From positions 112,780,001-112,844,000 of the forward strand of contig NC_087436.1 in the NCBI RefSeq assembly GCF_036321535.1: a stretch of DNA of 64,000 nt, given 5' to 3'. A model generated the notes under the pieces. It worked only from the letters and a program-made list of their open reading frames with translations, did no database searches and was not told where the DNA came from. How positions within the stretch are numbered: the stretch's first letter is position 1; every line of letters starts with the position of its first letter. This document shows, one piece after another, positions 1-13,130 of the stretch. A program made the translations under genes and the position numbers. Source of the DNA: Camelus dromedarius. Lineage: Eukaryota.

Positions 1-881
1 TGAAGCCTTACGTATGGGAGCCTTTAGCGTGCAGATAGTTTTTAAAGCCAAGAGGATAAATAGACCATTTCGAAAGTGTGCGTAGAGATGGAAGGAAAGA
101 GTCCCAGAGCCTCGACAGTGGGGCATGCCTGTATGGAGCTCAGAAAGATGACCAGAGCCCCAGCAAAGAGAACTGGGCAGAGCAACCCCTGACACCAGAG
201 GGAGGATCACTTGGGAGTTATTGGTGCTACTAGCAAGAGCCATTTTCCTGGAATGTCGAGGACAAAGCCGGATGCAAGTAGGTTGAGGAGTGTATGTGAG
301 AAAGCAAGGTGGCATCAGTAAGTTGGATGACTTTTTTTTTTTTTTGAAGAGTTGATCTGTAAAAAGGAACAGAGGACACTGTATTGAGAAGAGACCTGTA
401 TCAGTCTGTTTGTAGGATGATGGGATAACCAAGCAGACAGACAACAATTGATAACGTGGGAGACAGGGAAATGCTGCTGTGAAAAGCTCGTGTGTAGGTG
501 GAAGGAATCCCGGGCACAGGCGGGTGGGGGTGGGAGCTCCGCCCTTTGAGGAATGAAGGTGGAGGACGGGGCTTCAGGGGCCGGAGGGTTAGTGGATTTA
601 CTGACAGCGACGCATGGACTGCTACTTCTGACTGCTCTCAGTGAAAGGAGGAGGTCGCTTGCTGGGAGTGGGTGGGCGCGGGGCAGCTTCGGAGACCAGG
701 AGGGAGGATGGGGCGGGGACCCGAGAGGCTCCCAGGGTGACGTCAAAGGCTCAGGAATCTAAAAAGGCCAGTCAGCGAGGGTGTGTCCTTTCTTCGGTTC
801 ACTCCCCACTGGTTGGAATAAAAGCGGGAATGCAGGCAGGGAGCTGGATCTGATGGAACTGTGGTTTGCAGGGGGCATTTC

Positions 882-1268
882 TTTACTAGGGCTACCTGAG
901 CAAAGCCAAGAAGTCTACTGTGACTTAAACTTCAACAAATTTATTGTCCCACAGTCTGGAGGCTGGAAGTCTGAGATCAAGGTGTTGGTGGGTTGATTTC
1001 CTCTGAGGACTCTGGCCCTGGCGGGTGGCTGCTGTCTTCTCTCCCGCTGTGTCCTCACAGGGTCTTCCCTTTGTGTTTCCCGTGTCCATGTTCAAACTTC
1101 CTCTTCTCACAAAAATGTCAGTCATGTTGGGTTAGAGCCCACCCCAATGACCTTGTTCTAACTTAACTACCTCTTTAAAGCCCCATCTCCAAATCCAGTC
1201 ACCTTCGGAAGTAGTGGGGGTTAGGACTTCAACATATGAATTTGGGGGACACCATCTAGCCCATAACA
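882..1268 (-). mobile_element. MaLR (MLT1-like) solo LTR
   Basis: Typical motifs aaatttattgtcccacagtctggaggctggaagtctgagatcaagg and ttcaacatatgaatttggggg, ending cccataACA. Confidence 0.8.
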
Positions 1269-4200
1269 CTGAGTAAGCACAATGGAGGAAGAGAAAGGCA
1301 AAGAAGTTGAAAGGTTACACAAAGGATTGTAATCATGGGCCGCAGCACCTGAGCCCCACAGGAACTGAAGGGAGGGCGAAGGAAAGTGTGAGACGGTGAA
1401 AAGCTGAGAGAGCCATGGCTGGGAGGTCCTGGTGGGGCCAGAACTGACGGAGGAGGGAACAGCTCTACTTGCAGACCACTCCATCCAAAACTCATCTGTT
1501 CCTCTTCCTCCTTCCAGCCATCTCCTTTTGTGGTCTTTTGAATTTCAGTTCAAAGAACCCACTTTTCCCTATTCCCTACCGCCCCACCCCTGTTGCTCAA
1601 GCTAGGAACTTCCAACTCTTCGTTGACCCTTCCCTCTTCCTCACCCTACACATCCCTCTGGAAATTATTCATTAAATATTCACCTTATTCATCTCCACCA
1701 TGAGCTTAGGCCAAGAGAAAGTCCACGTTCTCTCTCACCTAGGTAGGGCTGCCCCACCATCCTCCCCAAATGCGCTCCCCCATACCTCCTCCAACCATTC
1801 TCTCCACCACAGCCAGGGTGGTGGCTTTCTTTTTAAGCCACCCTTTATGAAGATGTGGCTTTTGAAACCTAACTCTGATTATTTCACCTTCCTCTTTTCT
1901 AGACAAAGCAAGCGGGCACGTAAGCCAAGAGCCTCCATGGGGACCTCGCTCCTCAACGCACAAGACACTCCAGTCCTGGGAACCCTCTCTCCGTCCCCAG
2001 CAGCACAAGCTCTTGCCTGACACTGGGCCTTCACAGATGCTCTCTCCTTCCCACCCTCACCCTGCTTCCTACTGGTCTCCTTCAATGAGCTTCCTCAGGA
2101 AGCCTTTCTGACCCCACGTGGCTCTCAAACTGAGTTAGGTCTCCCAGTTGTACACTCTCCTAGCAGAATGACACAGGTGAGTGGATCTCCTGGGGCAATA
2201 CAGAGCCCAAAGGCTCTGGTCTGGACCGCCCAGCCCAGGAACACATCCTCTGAGAATTTCTTCAAGATGTCTTCTTCAGCTAGACCAGGCATTTGCTCAG
2301 AGCTAGGTCTACAGGAATTAGAGTTTATTCTGTCAGTATCTTGAGACTCAAGTTGGCATCTGCAAGTGCTGGTTGATCAAATCAATGCATGAATTACAGA
2401 CCAGAGTCTTACTTCTGGCACCCACTGTTCCACCATTTCCAAACTGGATTCATAAGGTTGTTCTCACAATCCCAGATCTACACGAAGTAATATGGTTATT
2501 GGATGAGAAATGTTGGTTTTGCCTGTGGATTCATTTCCTTGATCTCTGACCTTGCTGTGTTCCTTGCCTTCCTCCACCCACTTCTCCTGGGTGTGGACTT
2601 TCTTTTGTAGTGAATATTGTCCAAGATCTAAAATCAGTTACTGCCACCTGTTCTTTATTGAACTGAACCTTCAGTGGTATCATAGCATTTAAGACCTGCT
2701 AAAAACAACCCCCTTTAAAATGGTGTTTGTTTTCAATAATAAATGAGATAAGTACACATGGAATAAAAGTCAAACAAAACAAAGGAAATATGTAGAAAAT
2801 CATTCTTTCTCCTGTCCTGGGCTTCCCACAAGCAGTATTCATTTAGGTACATCCAGACAGAGACAGGCTTTCATTTTTTCATGAAAATACAGCATATTTT
2901 CTTAGTGATGTGTTTGGAAGACATTCCCTGTCGGCACCTATTGCTCGACATAATTCTTCTAAATGACCCCTAGTATTCCGCTGTATAGGATACCACGGTG
3001 TATTCAACTAGGCCCACATCAGTGGACACTCAGGCTTTCCAATCCTTTCTGACTGCATTAAATATTGGGGTTCTTGTGTCAGCATATTTTTTCACATGTC
3101 CAAGTACATACACTCCTAAAAGGAGATTTTTCTGGATCAAATGGCACAACCATTTAAAATTTTGCAAGATAAATTGCCAATCAAAGAGAGGAAGAGGTTG
3201 TACCAATTGGCACTCACATCCACACCCCCACACAGTTACAGTTTCAGATTTCCTTTGTCTCAATTTCTGATTATGAATCAGGAGTGACTTGGGGACAATT
3301 CAGCATTTAATTTCTTCATGTTAAGTGCAACAAACACTAGAGAAAATAATCTCTAAAAGGACCTTATAGTCCCGTGTCCCTGCTAAGTCACAGGGTTTGT
3401 GAACCCTCTCACTTTCTAGTCTGTCTTTCTGCAATAAATTTTCTAGTCCATCTTTCTGCAGCTAAGTGTTCAGCTGTGAGGGCCGAGCATCCTGGTATGC
3501 CCTTGGTGAAGAAGATGACAAATGCACAGAAAGTAAGCACCATCCCTGCACACCGTCTGGGTATCCTATGATTTAGGGCAAATTACCTTTTTGAATTTCA
3601 GTTTTCTCATCTGTAAAATGGACACAGTATAATGCCTACTCATCAGGTTAAAGTGGGGATTGATTTTATAATGGAAAATAATTTGAAAAAAATTATATGT
3701 ATACACCTGAACCACTTTGCTGTACACTTGAAACTGACACAATATTGTTTGTCAATTATACTTCAGTGAGGGAAAAAAGCCCAACCCCTCCACCCTCAAA
3801 AAAAAAAATTGAAAAAAGATCTCAATGTACTTCGCAGGGTGGAAATTTAATTGCCCATATTCTTTAACCATAGTTATAACAATAGAAATCAAGATCAAAA
3901 GGAAAAAAAAAAAAAAAGGAAGACAAGCTTTCTGGTCAAGCACCCCTGAGTGGGCTCTGCCACTTGGGCAACTAACAAAATTTCTCTAAAGGATAAGTTC
4001 CTCTCCTGTAGAGTGAACTTAAAAAAAGCTGTTGGCATCACTGACTTCTTCTGAGCAGGGAATCAGGTAATGAACGTACAAAGAGGCTTTAGCTGAGCGT
4101 CTGGCGCCAGCAAGTATTCAACAAACAGACACTGATACTGGGGCAGCTGCAAGCGGGCAGGAGGAGGGCGGTGAGTCAGAGCAGATTTTAGGGAGACTTT

Positions 4201-6369
4201 GAAAAGACAGTGACACCAGATGAGGCTGTGGAAGGGCAAGCGAGGTTCACAAAAAGAGAAGAAAGACGTTTAGACAGAACTGGAGGGTGAACTGAGCGTG
4301 GGTGTCAGGACGGCTGGGGCAGAGTAGTGTCGACCTCCAGGCCGCACAGCTGCCTAGTGAAAGTGCGGCTCCTGGAACGCGAGTTTCAAGCTGTCTTTCC
4401 TTGGTCAACTTCATTAGTCATTTTCAAATCATTCACGTAAAAATTGGAAACAGAGGAAAGAAGAAACTTGCCTCCACTTGCAGGTCAAAATGCTAACCCA
4501 GCTACCACTAGCATTTTGGTATCTCTCCTTCCAGCCTTATTTTTTAAAATCTCTGACCCTTTTAAAAGTAGTTGTAATCTATAATATCACACATACATAT
4601 ATATATATATATATAAAAATTTCTGCTCTTTCCACTTCATCGTCCATACATGGCCCCTTCCAGGCTGTATTTCTTCTCCCAAAACATAGAGCCCAGGCTC
4701 AGATCCCAACTCTCCACCCCTTGGTAGCTCTTTAAGCTCTGCGTCATCTTATCCTGTAATCTCCCTGTGCTCGGCCTGGCTGTAAGAACCTGTGAGTGTG
4801 AAGCAAAGAGCAGCCAACTTCCCAGGAAGAGCCTCTAGAAATGGGGCTTTCTCCTCTCCTCACACCCCTCACCAGCAGGCCAGCTCCGTGAGCGCTCCTG
4901 CCCCTCTTAGTCCTGCCCCAGAACAGTGCCTAGTATGCTGCTGGCACTCAGGCAATGCCTGCAGAATGGATAGTTCCCTCTCTCACAGTTCAGCCCTGGT
5001 GACAACTGATCATCTGCCGAGGATGGAGAAACAAGTTGGTCCAAGGTCTCCACCAGATTGACCAGCTAAAGCCCATCCATCGGCGAGCATCTGTTGTTCA
5101 TCGACTGAGTGGTAAAGCGCAGTGTTGAAGGGAGGGGAGGGGAGAGGCTACCGTCAACCACATAGTTCTCTCTTTCCCTCCTCCGGCAGTAACTGCTAAC
5201 ATCAGTTAGTGTCACGTACTTTGTGTACAACGCCCTGTTATGCTGCCTTCGTGGAAGCATGTTATTCTTCCCATATTATAAATGAGGAATCAGAGGCTTA
5301 GAAAGGTAAGCCATGACTTAGACAACCTCATCTCAAGCCTGTCTACCTCTGTGTCATTAGGCAACAGATAGTGGCAACAGATAGTTAATATCACTATGCG
5401 CTGGCCCAGAGTTGACAGATTCAACCTGTCCTTGCAGAGGATCTGTGGTCCAGAGGGGGAACTTCTGGAAACACGTTCTTGGGCATGTGCCCGTGGCAGC
5501 CTGAGCACCCCCGGGAAGCTCAGGGTGGACCTGTTTTCCTAGAAAGACGTTTGTTTCCCTAACGGGTTTTGTACCTCCTCCAATCAGAAGAAGGCTGATT
5601 GACGCTGAATACCAAACACAACAGAAAAGCACACTCATTGATGTCAGACACATCACAGCCTCTCATCTGGGCTGTTGTTTCCTTCTAGCAGGCTTGTGAA
5701 AAGGAGCACTGCATGACATCTCCTCCCGCATCCTGAAACTGAGCACGGCCAAGTCATTCACTCTTCATTGTTTACTTTCAATGAACTTGGCAGAATGCCT
5801 TGAAATGTGTTTAATTCACCTGGGCTGTCTGCACTTCCTGGTAGTGTGCACTGGCTCGCTTGTTGTGATAAATCAGCTTCTCAGACACTTCCTCAGTGAG
5901 GGCTAACCTCAGCCTAACAGACTCAGTAGCATCTCAGTTCTCCTCACCCTCCACCTCCTGCACATAGTTAGTTATGTGATCTCCTTAATCTGTCAGGTGA
6001 CAGCTTCCACACCTTATGTCGAGAATCTCTTGCAAGCATTTTCATGCTTAGTGTGAGTTTCCAAGGGCACCTTGTACTTCCTGATTGTTTTTTTGGGGGG
6101 GAGTCAGTTTCCTCATTCTTCTTTCCCCTGCACTAGACTTTAATATGAAGCAGTCTTTTTCTTGGCTAGCAACCAAACTGTGTGTTGATGAATGTCACAC
6201 TTTAACGCAAATCTTTTTTCTTTCATTCGTTTACTCTTCCATTCATGCATGAAACCTTTACTGAGCATACTGAGCACTCGCTGTGTTCCATGAACTGTTT
6301 CATTTATTTTACCTTTTTCCAGTTTTATTGAGAAATAATTGACCTATATCACTATGTAAGTTTAAGGCC

Positions 6370-7220
6370 CCATGCACTGCTTTAGGCACTAGGTATAGCG
6401 CAGTTTAAACAGTAATCCCTGTGTTTATATTCTAATGGAGGGCAGACAGAGCAGACAAGATATGTCAGTAAACTACAGCCTATGTGGGGTAGCGATGAAG
6501 GCTGAGGAACAAAATAAGCAGGGAAGGGGATGAGCTGGGGGAGGAAGGGTTGAAACATTGGAGTGAGGGACAGGGAAGGTCTCACTGAGAAGGTGGAATT
6601 TGAATAAAGATCTGTAAAAGGTGAGGGAACCACATGACTTCTGGGGAAGCAGGCTTCCCTGAGAAGGAAGAAAAGATCAACCACTGAACACCTAGTATGC
6701 TGAAAGAAGAGCAAAGGTCAACTAAGAAGTGCCTGGTGCAGAAAAACCAAGATGGGAGGAAGTAGGGGAAGAGGCTAGAGGTGTGATGGCACGTGTGAGG
6801 GCGCGGAGAGGGGCCACTCACAGCGCAGAAGAGTGACATCTTCTGACTTTGTTTTATCAGGCTCACTCTGGCTGCTTGTGGAGAGCAAACTAAAGTGGGG
6901 CGAGGGCAGAGGCAGGGAGACCGTTCCAGAGGATGTCAGTACCCTACTCTGGCTGAGAGGAGATGGTGGCTTGAAACAGGTTGACATCAGCTTCTGTTGG
7001 TTGAATTCTCGATGTATTTTGAAGGTAGAACTGACAGCATTTGTGTCTGGGGTAAAGAGACAAAGAAAGGGGTCGAAGACCACTTCAAGGATTTTGGTTT
7101 GAGCAACTGGAAGGATGGAGATATCATTAATTGAGTTGAGGAAGACAACGGAAGGAGGATTCATTTGGCACATGTTAAATTTAGATGTCCGTTACACACC
7201 CAAGTGAAAATGTCGAGGAG
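6370..7220 (+). mobile_element. L2 LINE fragment
   Basis: L2-like text such as gaaggtctcactgagaaggtggaatttgaataaaga and ggatggagatatcattaattgag. Recognised by eye. Confidence 0.7.
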
Positions 7221-7452
7221 ATAAACATCATGCCAGGCTTTGCAACTATTGACCTGTTCAACCCCCGTAACAACCCCATGAGGTAGGGTGGCTCTCAGCC
7301 TCGTTTACAAGGGAGGACTGAGACCCAGAAAGAGTAAGTGACTTACCCAGTGTCACTAAGTCAGCGGGTAGCAGAACTGGGCAACTGGGATTCAAGCCCA
7401 GGCCACAGGTCCCAGAATGCGTGCTCCTCCGTGCTCTGCTGTCTCTCAGCTG

Positions 7453-7457
<5 letters not shown>

Positions 7458-7497
<40 letters not shown>
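7458..7497 (+). repeat. (AC)20 microsatellite
   Basis: Perfect dinucleotide run. Confidence 0.95.
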
Positions 7498-7499
<2 letters not shown>

Positions 7500-8681
7500 C
7501 ACTTCATTCCAGTCGCTTAAGAAAATCGTCACCATTAAGCTCTAATCACCGTGGCCAGGGGCTCACACGCTTAGGTTATGTTAGGTCTGAGTCTCCTGCT
7601 GCCTGAACTGGGGAGTGGAGCCCCATGCGGGTGAGAGGAGAGCCAGGGAAGTTCCTCACAGGAAAATCGGATTTCGTCACTAGGAGAAGGGTGAATAGAT
7701 GCTGAATTTCAAAAACAATAGAACAGCACGCTCACTGACTTCCAGTGGAGCCCACTCATAGCAACTTGAGCAAAGTTTATACATTAGTCATTCCGCATAC
7801 GCATTTCAAACCACCCAGAACAGCCCCAAAATCCAAGCCAAATTTTTCTCAACACGTTTTCTTACAAGATGTTTACTTGATTCCCAGAGACGCTTGTACC
7901 TTCCTTTCTTAGGTTCCAACACAAAGAAAGCTAAAGGTCAAAAATCTCAGCTGGGAGGAGGAACACAGCCTTGAATGTCGCAGAGGCAGCCGTGCTGTGA
8001 TGTTCTCTCAACCTAGCATTTTTCAGAGCAGCTAAAAACGAATCAAACAAACCCAAAACTCACAAGAAAGCCCCAGACAGAATTCATGGAAAGGAAGGGC
8101 ATTGAATATCATTCACTGACTCTTTAATTTTGTTTTTCTTTTCTTTCTTTCTTTTTTTTTTTTTTTTGAGTAAACAAGTGTTTAGAGCAGTTTTAGAGTC
8201 ATAGCAGATTTGAGCAGAAAGTGATGAGTGCCCATATGCCCCTCCCCCGCCCACACCCACAGCACCCCCCCCCACCGTCACCCTCCTCCATCAGAGGTAC
8301 ATCTGTTGCAATCGATAAGCCTATGTGAACACATCGTAATCACCCAGAGCCCATAGTTCACGGTAGGACTGATCCTTGGTGTATATTGAACAGGTTTTGA
8401 CAAACGTATAATGACATGTAACCACCATTATAGTCTCAGAATAAATTCGTGGCCCTAAAAATCCTCTGAGCTCCTATCCAACACCTCTCTCCTCCTGACC
8501 TGTGGCAACCACTAATCTCCTTACTGTCTTCACAGTTTCCTCTTCTTCAGAATGCCTCATAGTTGGAATCATATAACATAGAGCCTTTTCAAATTGGCTT
8601 CTTTCACTTAGTAACCTGCATTGAAGGTTTCTCCACATCTTTTCATGGCTTGGTAGCTCTTTTTTTTTTAAGTACTGAATA

Positions 8682-9211
8682 GTACAATGGGATACTACTC
8701 AGCCATAGAAAAGAATAAAGTGATGCCATTTGCAGCAACATGGATGGAGATAGAGAATGTCATTCTGCTTGAAGTAAGCCAGAAAGAGAAAGAAAAATAC
8801 CATATAATATCACTCATATGTGGAATCTTAAAAAAAAAAAAAAAAGACAAATGAACGTATTTACAAAACAGAAACAGACTCACAGACATACAAAATAAAC
8901 TTACGGTTCCAGGGGGGAAGAGGGTGAGAAGGGATAAATTAGGAGTTCAAGCTTTGCATATACTAACTACTATACATAAAATAGATAAACAACAAGGACC
9001 TACTGTATAGCACAGGGAACTACATTCAATACTTCATAGTAACTTATGGTGAAAAAGAATATGAAAGCAAATATATGTATGTTCCTATATGACTGAAACA
9101 TTGTGCTGTACACCAGAAATTGACACAACACTGTAAACTGGCTATATTTCAATAAAAATATTAAAAAAAAAAAAAAAAGAAACCAATCCACCTCAAAAAA
9201 AAAAAAAAAAA
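8682..9211 (+). mobile_element. 5'-truncated young L1 3' end nested in an older antisense L1
   Basis: L1 ORF2 end and 3'UTR (gcagcaacatggatggag...ctatatttcAATAAA) with A tails, flanked by actgaata at 8674-8681 and 9213-9220. Older minus-strand L1 spans about 8170-8680 and 9212-9290. Confidence 0.88.
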
Positions 9212-9945
9212 CACTGAATAATATTCTATTGTCTGGATGGACCACAGTTTATTTTTCTGGTCACCTATTGAAGGACATCTTGGTTGTATTGTTTTGTTTT
9301 CTGAGATTAAATTTATTTCAACCTAATAAATTATAAAAGCCTTCTTATTTTACTAAGTAATTAGTAGTCAAAGCAAAATTCAAATTTTTATTTTAGAAAG
9401 ATATCCCTTCTTGAAAAGCAACAGCTCTAAAAATAATTTTTTCAGGTTATGACAGCAATTTGTGCTCATATGTAATTTTGAATATTAAGAAGACTACAAA
9501 GAAGAAAATAAAATTGCTCATAACTTTACTCAGAAATAAATATCATTAGCATTAATAACTTGGTGTTATATATACATATACATATGATTTTCACAATATT
9601 TATATCCCAGGATTTTAACTTAGCATTTAGATATTTTACCCTCTTTAAATATTCTTCATAAATAGTATTTCTAATAATGCATAGTCTTCCATAGAATTGT
9701 CATACCATAGTTTATTTGATCATTATCCAAATATTTCCAGTCTTTTGCTATGCTATGATAGCATATGAATACAAAAATCCTCTGGGCACATCACTTACAA
9801 TTTTCTTACAATAATTTCTGGGATTAGAATTAAAATATTATTCTTCATGTTAGAAGAAAAAGGACGAAAATCAGAAGAACCTGGGAATTAAAACATATTC
9901 TAAACCAATAATCATTAAAATTTGATGGAAGAAATTTTCACATAT

Positions 9946-10863
9946 TGAGGTTAGGGGGGCATGTCATTCTGCTTTATACAAGACTTAACTCAAACTTTAT
10001 GCTTACTAGAATGGCCTGTTATATGGCCTAGTAAACATATATTGCACATTTGCTTTAACCATTAAAGAAAGAATGCATTTAAAAATAAAAACGGAGTAAC
10101 TGTGCTTCAGGCACCCAAAATAGAGCCTGGTGGCCACTGTGAATGTGGTTTCAGACACGTTCTTGCATCACTGAGTGTGGGAGCCCATGATTGGTTTAAT
10201 AAACTTAACAGACCCCAGCCGCTTGTGACGTTTAGGAAGAACAAATGTGCTTTGCTGGTAGGTGCCCGTGCATCCACACTCCTGTCTCCGTGCCATAAAG
10301 AGCAGAGACAACGCCTTGCGAGCGTAGTTGAGGTTCTAGCTTAGGGCTGCTTCCGCAATGGCAAAGCCATTGTGCGTCCTTTGCTATAAACGCAGGACAC
10401 GGCTTGTTTTAAGCATAGGTCCATAGTTCAGGGTTTACTTTGCTCGTTGCAAAGCGACAACCCAGGCCCTCAGCTATAAATGCTGGGCGTGCTTTCTGCT
10501 GTTTATATAGTCTATAACCCCCAAGACAAGGAACTGGTGGTCTGGTGGTCTGTTTTGTAATCAACATCGTATGTCTGAAGAACGTACTTTGTTCCCCTCT
10601 CCCCATGACTACCGTGAAGATAAATTAAGCCTTTGTACTCATTGTGGAATTTATGATCTCTACCGGATCCTGTTTTTCCTTAAGCTCCTGCACTCCATGA
10701 CACAATTGTTTGTGATCTTTTTTTTGATTGTGCACAGTAAATACGGGTTTGTTTGAGAGGATCGAGGAGTTGGTTTCCGCCTCCCTCCCACTCTCTTGAC
10801 TTTCCATAGTCTCGAGTAATTCGTTCCATCTCGGTGGGACTTCTGCTGGACAGAACCCACGAC
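9946..10863 (+). mobile_element. 5' LTR of a class II (betaretrovirus-like) ERV
   Basis: Starts with TG at an abrupt shift out of AT-rich flank. TATAAA at 10475-10480, AGTAAA at 10736-10741. Directly followed by a PBS, a leader and gag. Boundaries approximate. Confidence 0.8.
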
Positions 10864-10882
10864 TGGTGACCCCCAACGTGAT
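10864..10882 (+). promoter_or_regulatory. Primer-binding site, tRNA-Trp type
   Basis: TGGTGACCCCCAACGTGAT versus the complement of the tRNA-Trp 3' end, TGGTGACCCCGACGTGAT: one extra C and one G>A. Confidence 0.75.
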
Positions 10883-11026
10883 CCACTGCACGGCAACGGA
10901 ACCGGCACGCTTCAGCTGGAGAGAGAAACTGCATCTGGATCCCCATAAATTTCATCCCGATTGACGGATAGTTGCCAACGTGCCTAGAATTCAGCGAAAC
11001 CCTTATTTTTCTTTCATTTTCTTATT

Positions 11027-12724
11027 ATGGGCCAACAACTAACTAAGGAACAAATGATCTACCTCCGCACATCGCAGCAGCTGCTGAAAGCGGTTCTCTG
11101 CTCTAGGTCAGAAGAGCAACTTACTAAATTGTTACAAATGGTACAGGAGATTTGTTCCTGGTTTCCAGACCATGGAACAATCAATTTGGAACTCTGAGAA
11201 CGGGTTGGTAAGAATCGAAAATGTAGGCATCAGCAAGGGGAGAAAATCCCCACTTCCATTTGGTACGCGAGCGTGTATTCATCCTCGCAGAATAATTACG
11301 CTGAACCTAAATCCCGTTCTCCCCCTTCCTCTCCTCCTGCTTCTTCACCCCCAGTCCCTTCTGCTCCATCTGCCCCTCTTTCACAGGAGATCAATCTGCC
11401 GCTGCCACCGCCTCCTCCCCCCTCTCCTGAGGAGTATGATCATAAGCAAACTGCTTTGCAACAGTGTTTTAAAGAAGGCTTACATCCCGGAGAGCTGCAT
11501 GCTTACCTGGTGATTGCAGGGCAGGAGCAAGGTACTAAGCATGAGGCTGTCCCTTTCTCGGTATTCAAGGAACTAAAAACTAGTGTTATGGAAAATGGGA
11601 CTCCGAGTTCGTTTACTAAAGGTATTCTTGATACGATTGGAAATTTATGTGTTACCATTCCTTGGGATTGGAAAGCTCTTGTAAAAACTGTCTTAACTCC
11701 TGCTCAGTTTGCTGTCTGGGCTTCAGAATATCATGAAGGCTGTCTCTTACAAACTGCTCATGACGCTGATGTTAATATTGATATACCTATAGAAATGCTT
11801 GAAGGAACAAGTCACTATGCTGACACTCAGCAACAGGTCCATATGGATAGGCTGACTTTCAAGCAATGTACTGATATTGCCCTCATGGCACGGTCCAAGT
11901 TTCCCCATACCAGATCTGCTACTGGCTCCTTTGCTACCATTCAACAAGGCATCAGAAAATCTTGTGTTGATTTTATTAATCTTTTAGAACAGAGCATCTC
12001 TCACCTAGCAGATAATCAGGAGGCAGCGAAAGTGTTCTTGCAACAACTGGCTTACGAAAACGCTCATGCAGATTGCCAGGCAGCGCTTGCCAGTATTCAA
12101 ACTCAAAACAAAAATATAGCTGATTATATAAAGGCTTTCCAGAATGTGGGAACTGAAACCCATTTTGCTCAGGTCCTTGTGGCTTTAATGAGATCCCCTT
12201 CTGCTGGGACCTGCTTTAAGTGTGGTAAACCTGGCCATGTTCAAAGGGAATGCCGCCTGTCCAATAAGGGAGGGCAAGGAGGTCCGCCTCAGAAATTACC
12301 TGACAAACACTGCCCTCGGTGTGGCAAGGGAAGACATTGGGCAAGCCAGTGTCACTCTAAATTTGATAAGGATGGCAATCTGATTTCAGGAAATGGGAAA
12401 CGGGATGCCAGCTCCTGTGCCCCAAAACCCAAGTGGAGTAATCCTGCCCAGTCAGCTCAAACACAGGTCTTTATGATAGACCCAGCCTCCTCGGTCCGGT
12501 CCTGCAGAAACCCCTTCATCAGTGCGTCCACAGTGGACTTATGTTCTACCTCAGGATTAATTCTCAAGGAACAAGGTTGTATATACTCCACCTCCACTGG
12601 AATCTCTGGCCCTTTCCCTGAAGGGACCCAGGGTCTAATCATAGGCTGCTCATACATGTCACAGCAAAGCTCATTTGTTCTTCCTAAAGGTCACAGGAGG
12701 CTGGGGTCTGTTACAATTGATTAA
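11027..12724 (+). pseudogene. gag: Betaretrovirus-like gag (MA-late domain-CA-NC) fused in frame to a truncated dUTPase; single internal stop
   Basis: ATG at 11027 gives a myristoylation-type start, MGQQLTKEQ, then WFPDHGTINLEL*ERVG (TGA at 11195-11197). The same frame continues as ORF 11273-12724, with PSAPSAP, a degenerate MHR (IQQGIRKSCVDFINLL), two CCHC knuckles (12212-12253, 12311-12352) and dUTPase-like VDLCS...TGISGPFPEGTQGLIIG. Confidence 0.9.
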
Positions 12725-13125
12725 CCCAATCATGGGCTCCCACAACTGAGAACCTGAATTTTCTGAGCTGTCTCAGACTCAAGGACAAGACTAGCCAATC
12801 TCAAAACAGTATCTGCTGCCAGCTGCCAGCTACAACCCTATGATCTCAAGGTCTCCCCTTGTAACTTCGAAACCATTTCAGACCCCAACCAGTCCTTACA
12901 CAGCAAGCACCCTTGCTTCTTGCCAGCTCCAATTGTAATTCTTGGCAAACAACGTATGTGACTTTGTGGGTTTTGCCTTTACAAGCCTCCCCCATTTTGT
13001 AGCCCAGTAGAGCACAACTCATGCGCTTCTTGAATCTGTATCATGGGTTATAGCCTTCAGTTTGGCTCAGATAAAACTCTTTTATATTCCTATTACGGAT
13101 AGTTTATTGATTGTTTCCACTGACA
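12690..13125 (+). mobile_element. LTR (probably 5'-truncated) of a second, class I (ERV1-like) element
   Basis: Ends in ...tgaCA at 13125, has GATAAA near 13070, and is followed by a PBS. Sequence is unrelated to the first LTR. Left boundary inferred from where dUTPase similarity stops. Confidence 0.65.
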
Positions 13126-13130
13126 TTACT

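Noticed and set aside
480..860. CpG/GC-rich patch as CD38 exon 1 or promoter
   Set aside because: No frame gives a CD38-like N-terminus with a transmembrane segment, and nearby sequence looks like L2/MLT repeat. No CD38 coding sequence was recognised in the window.
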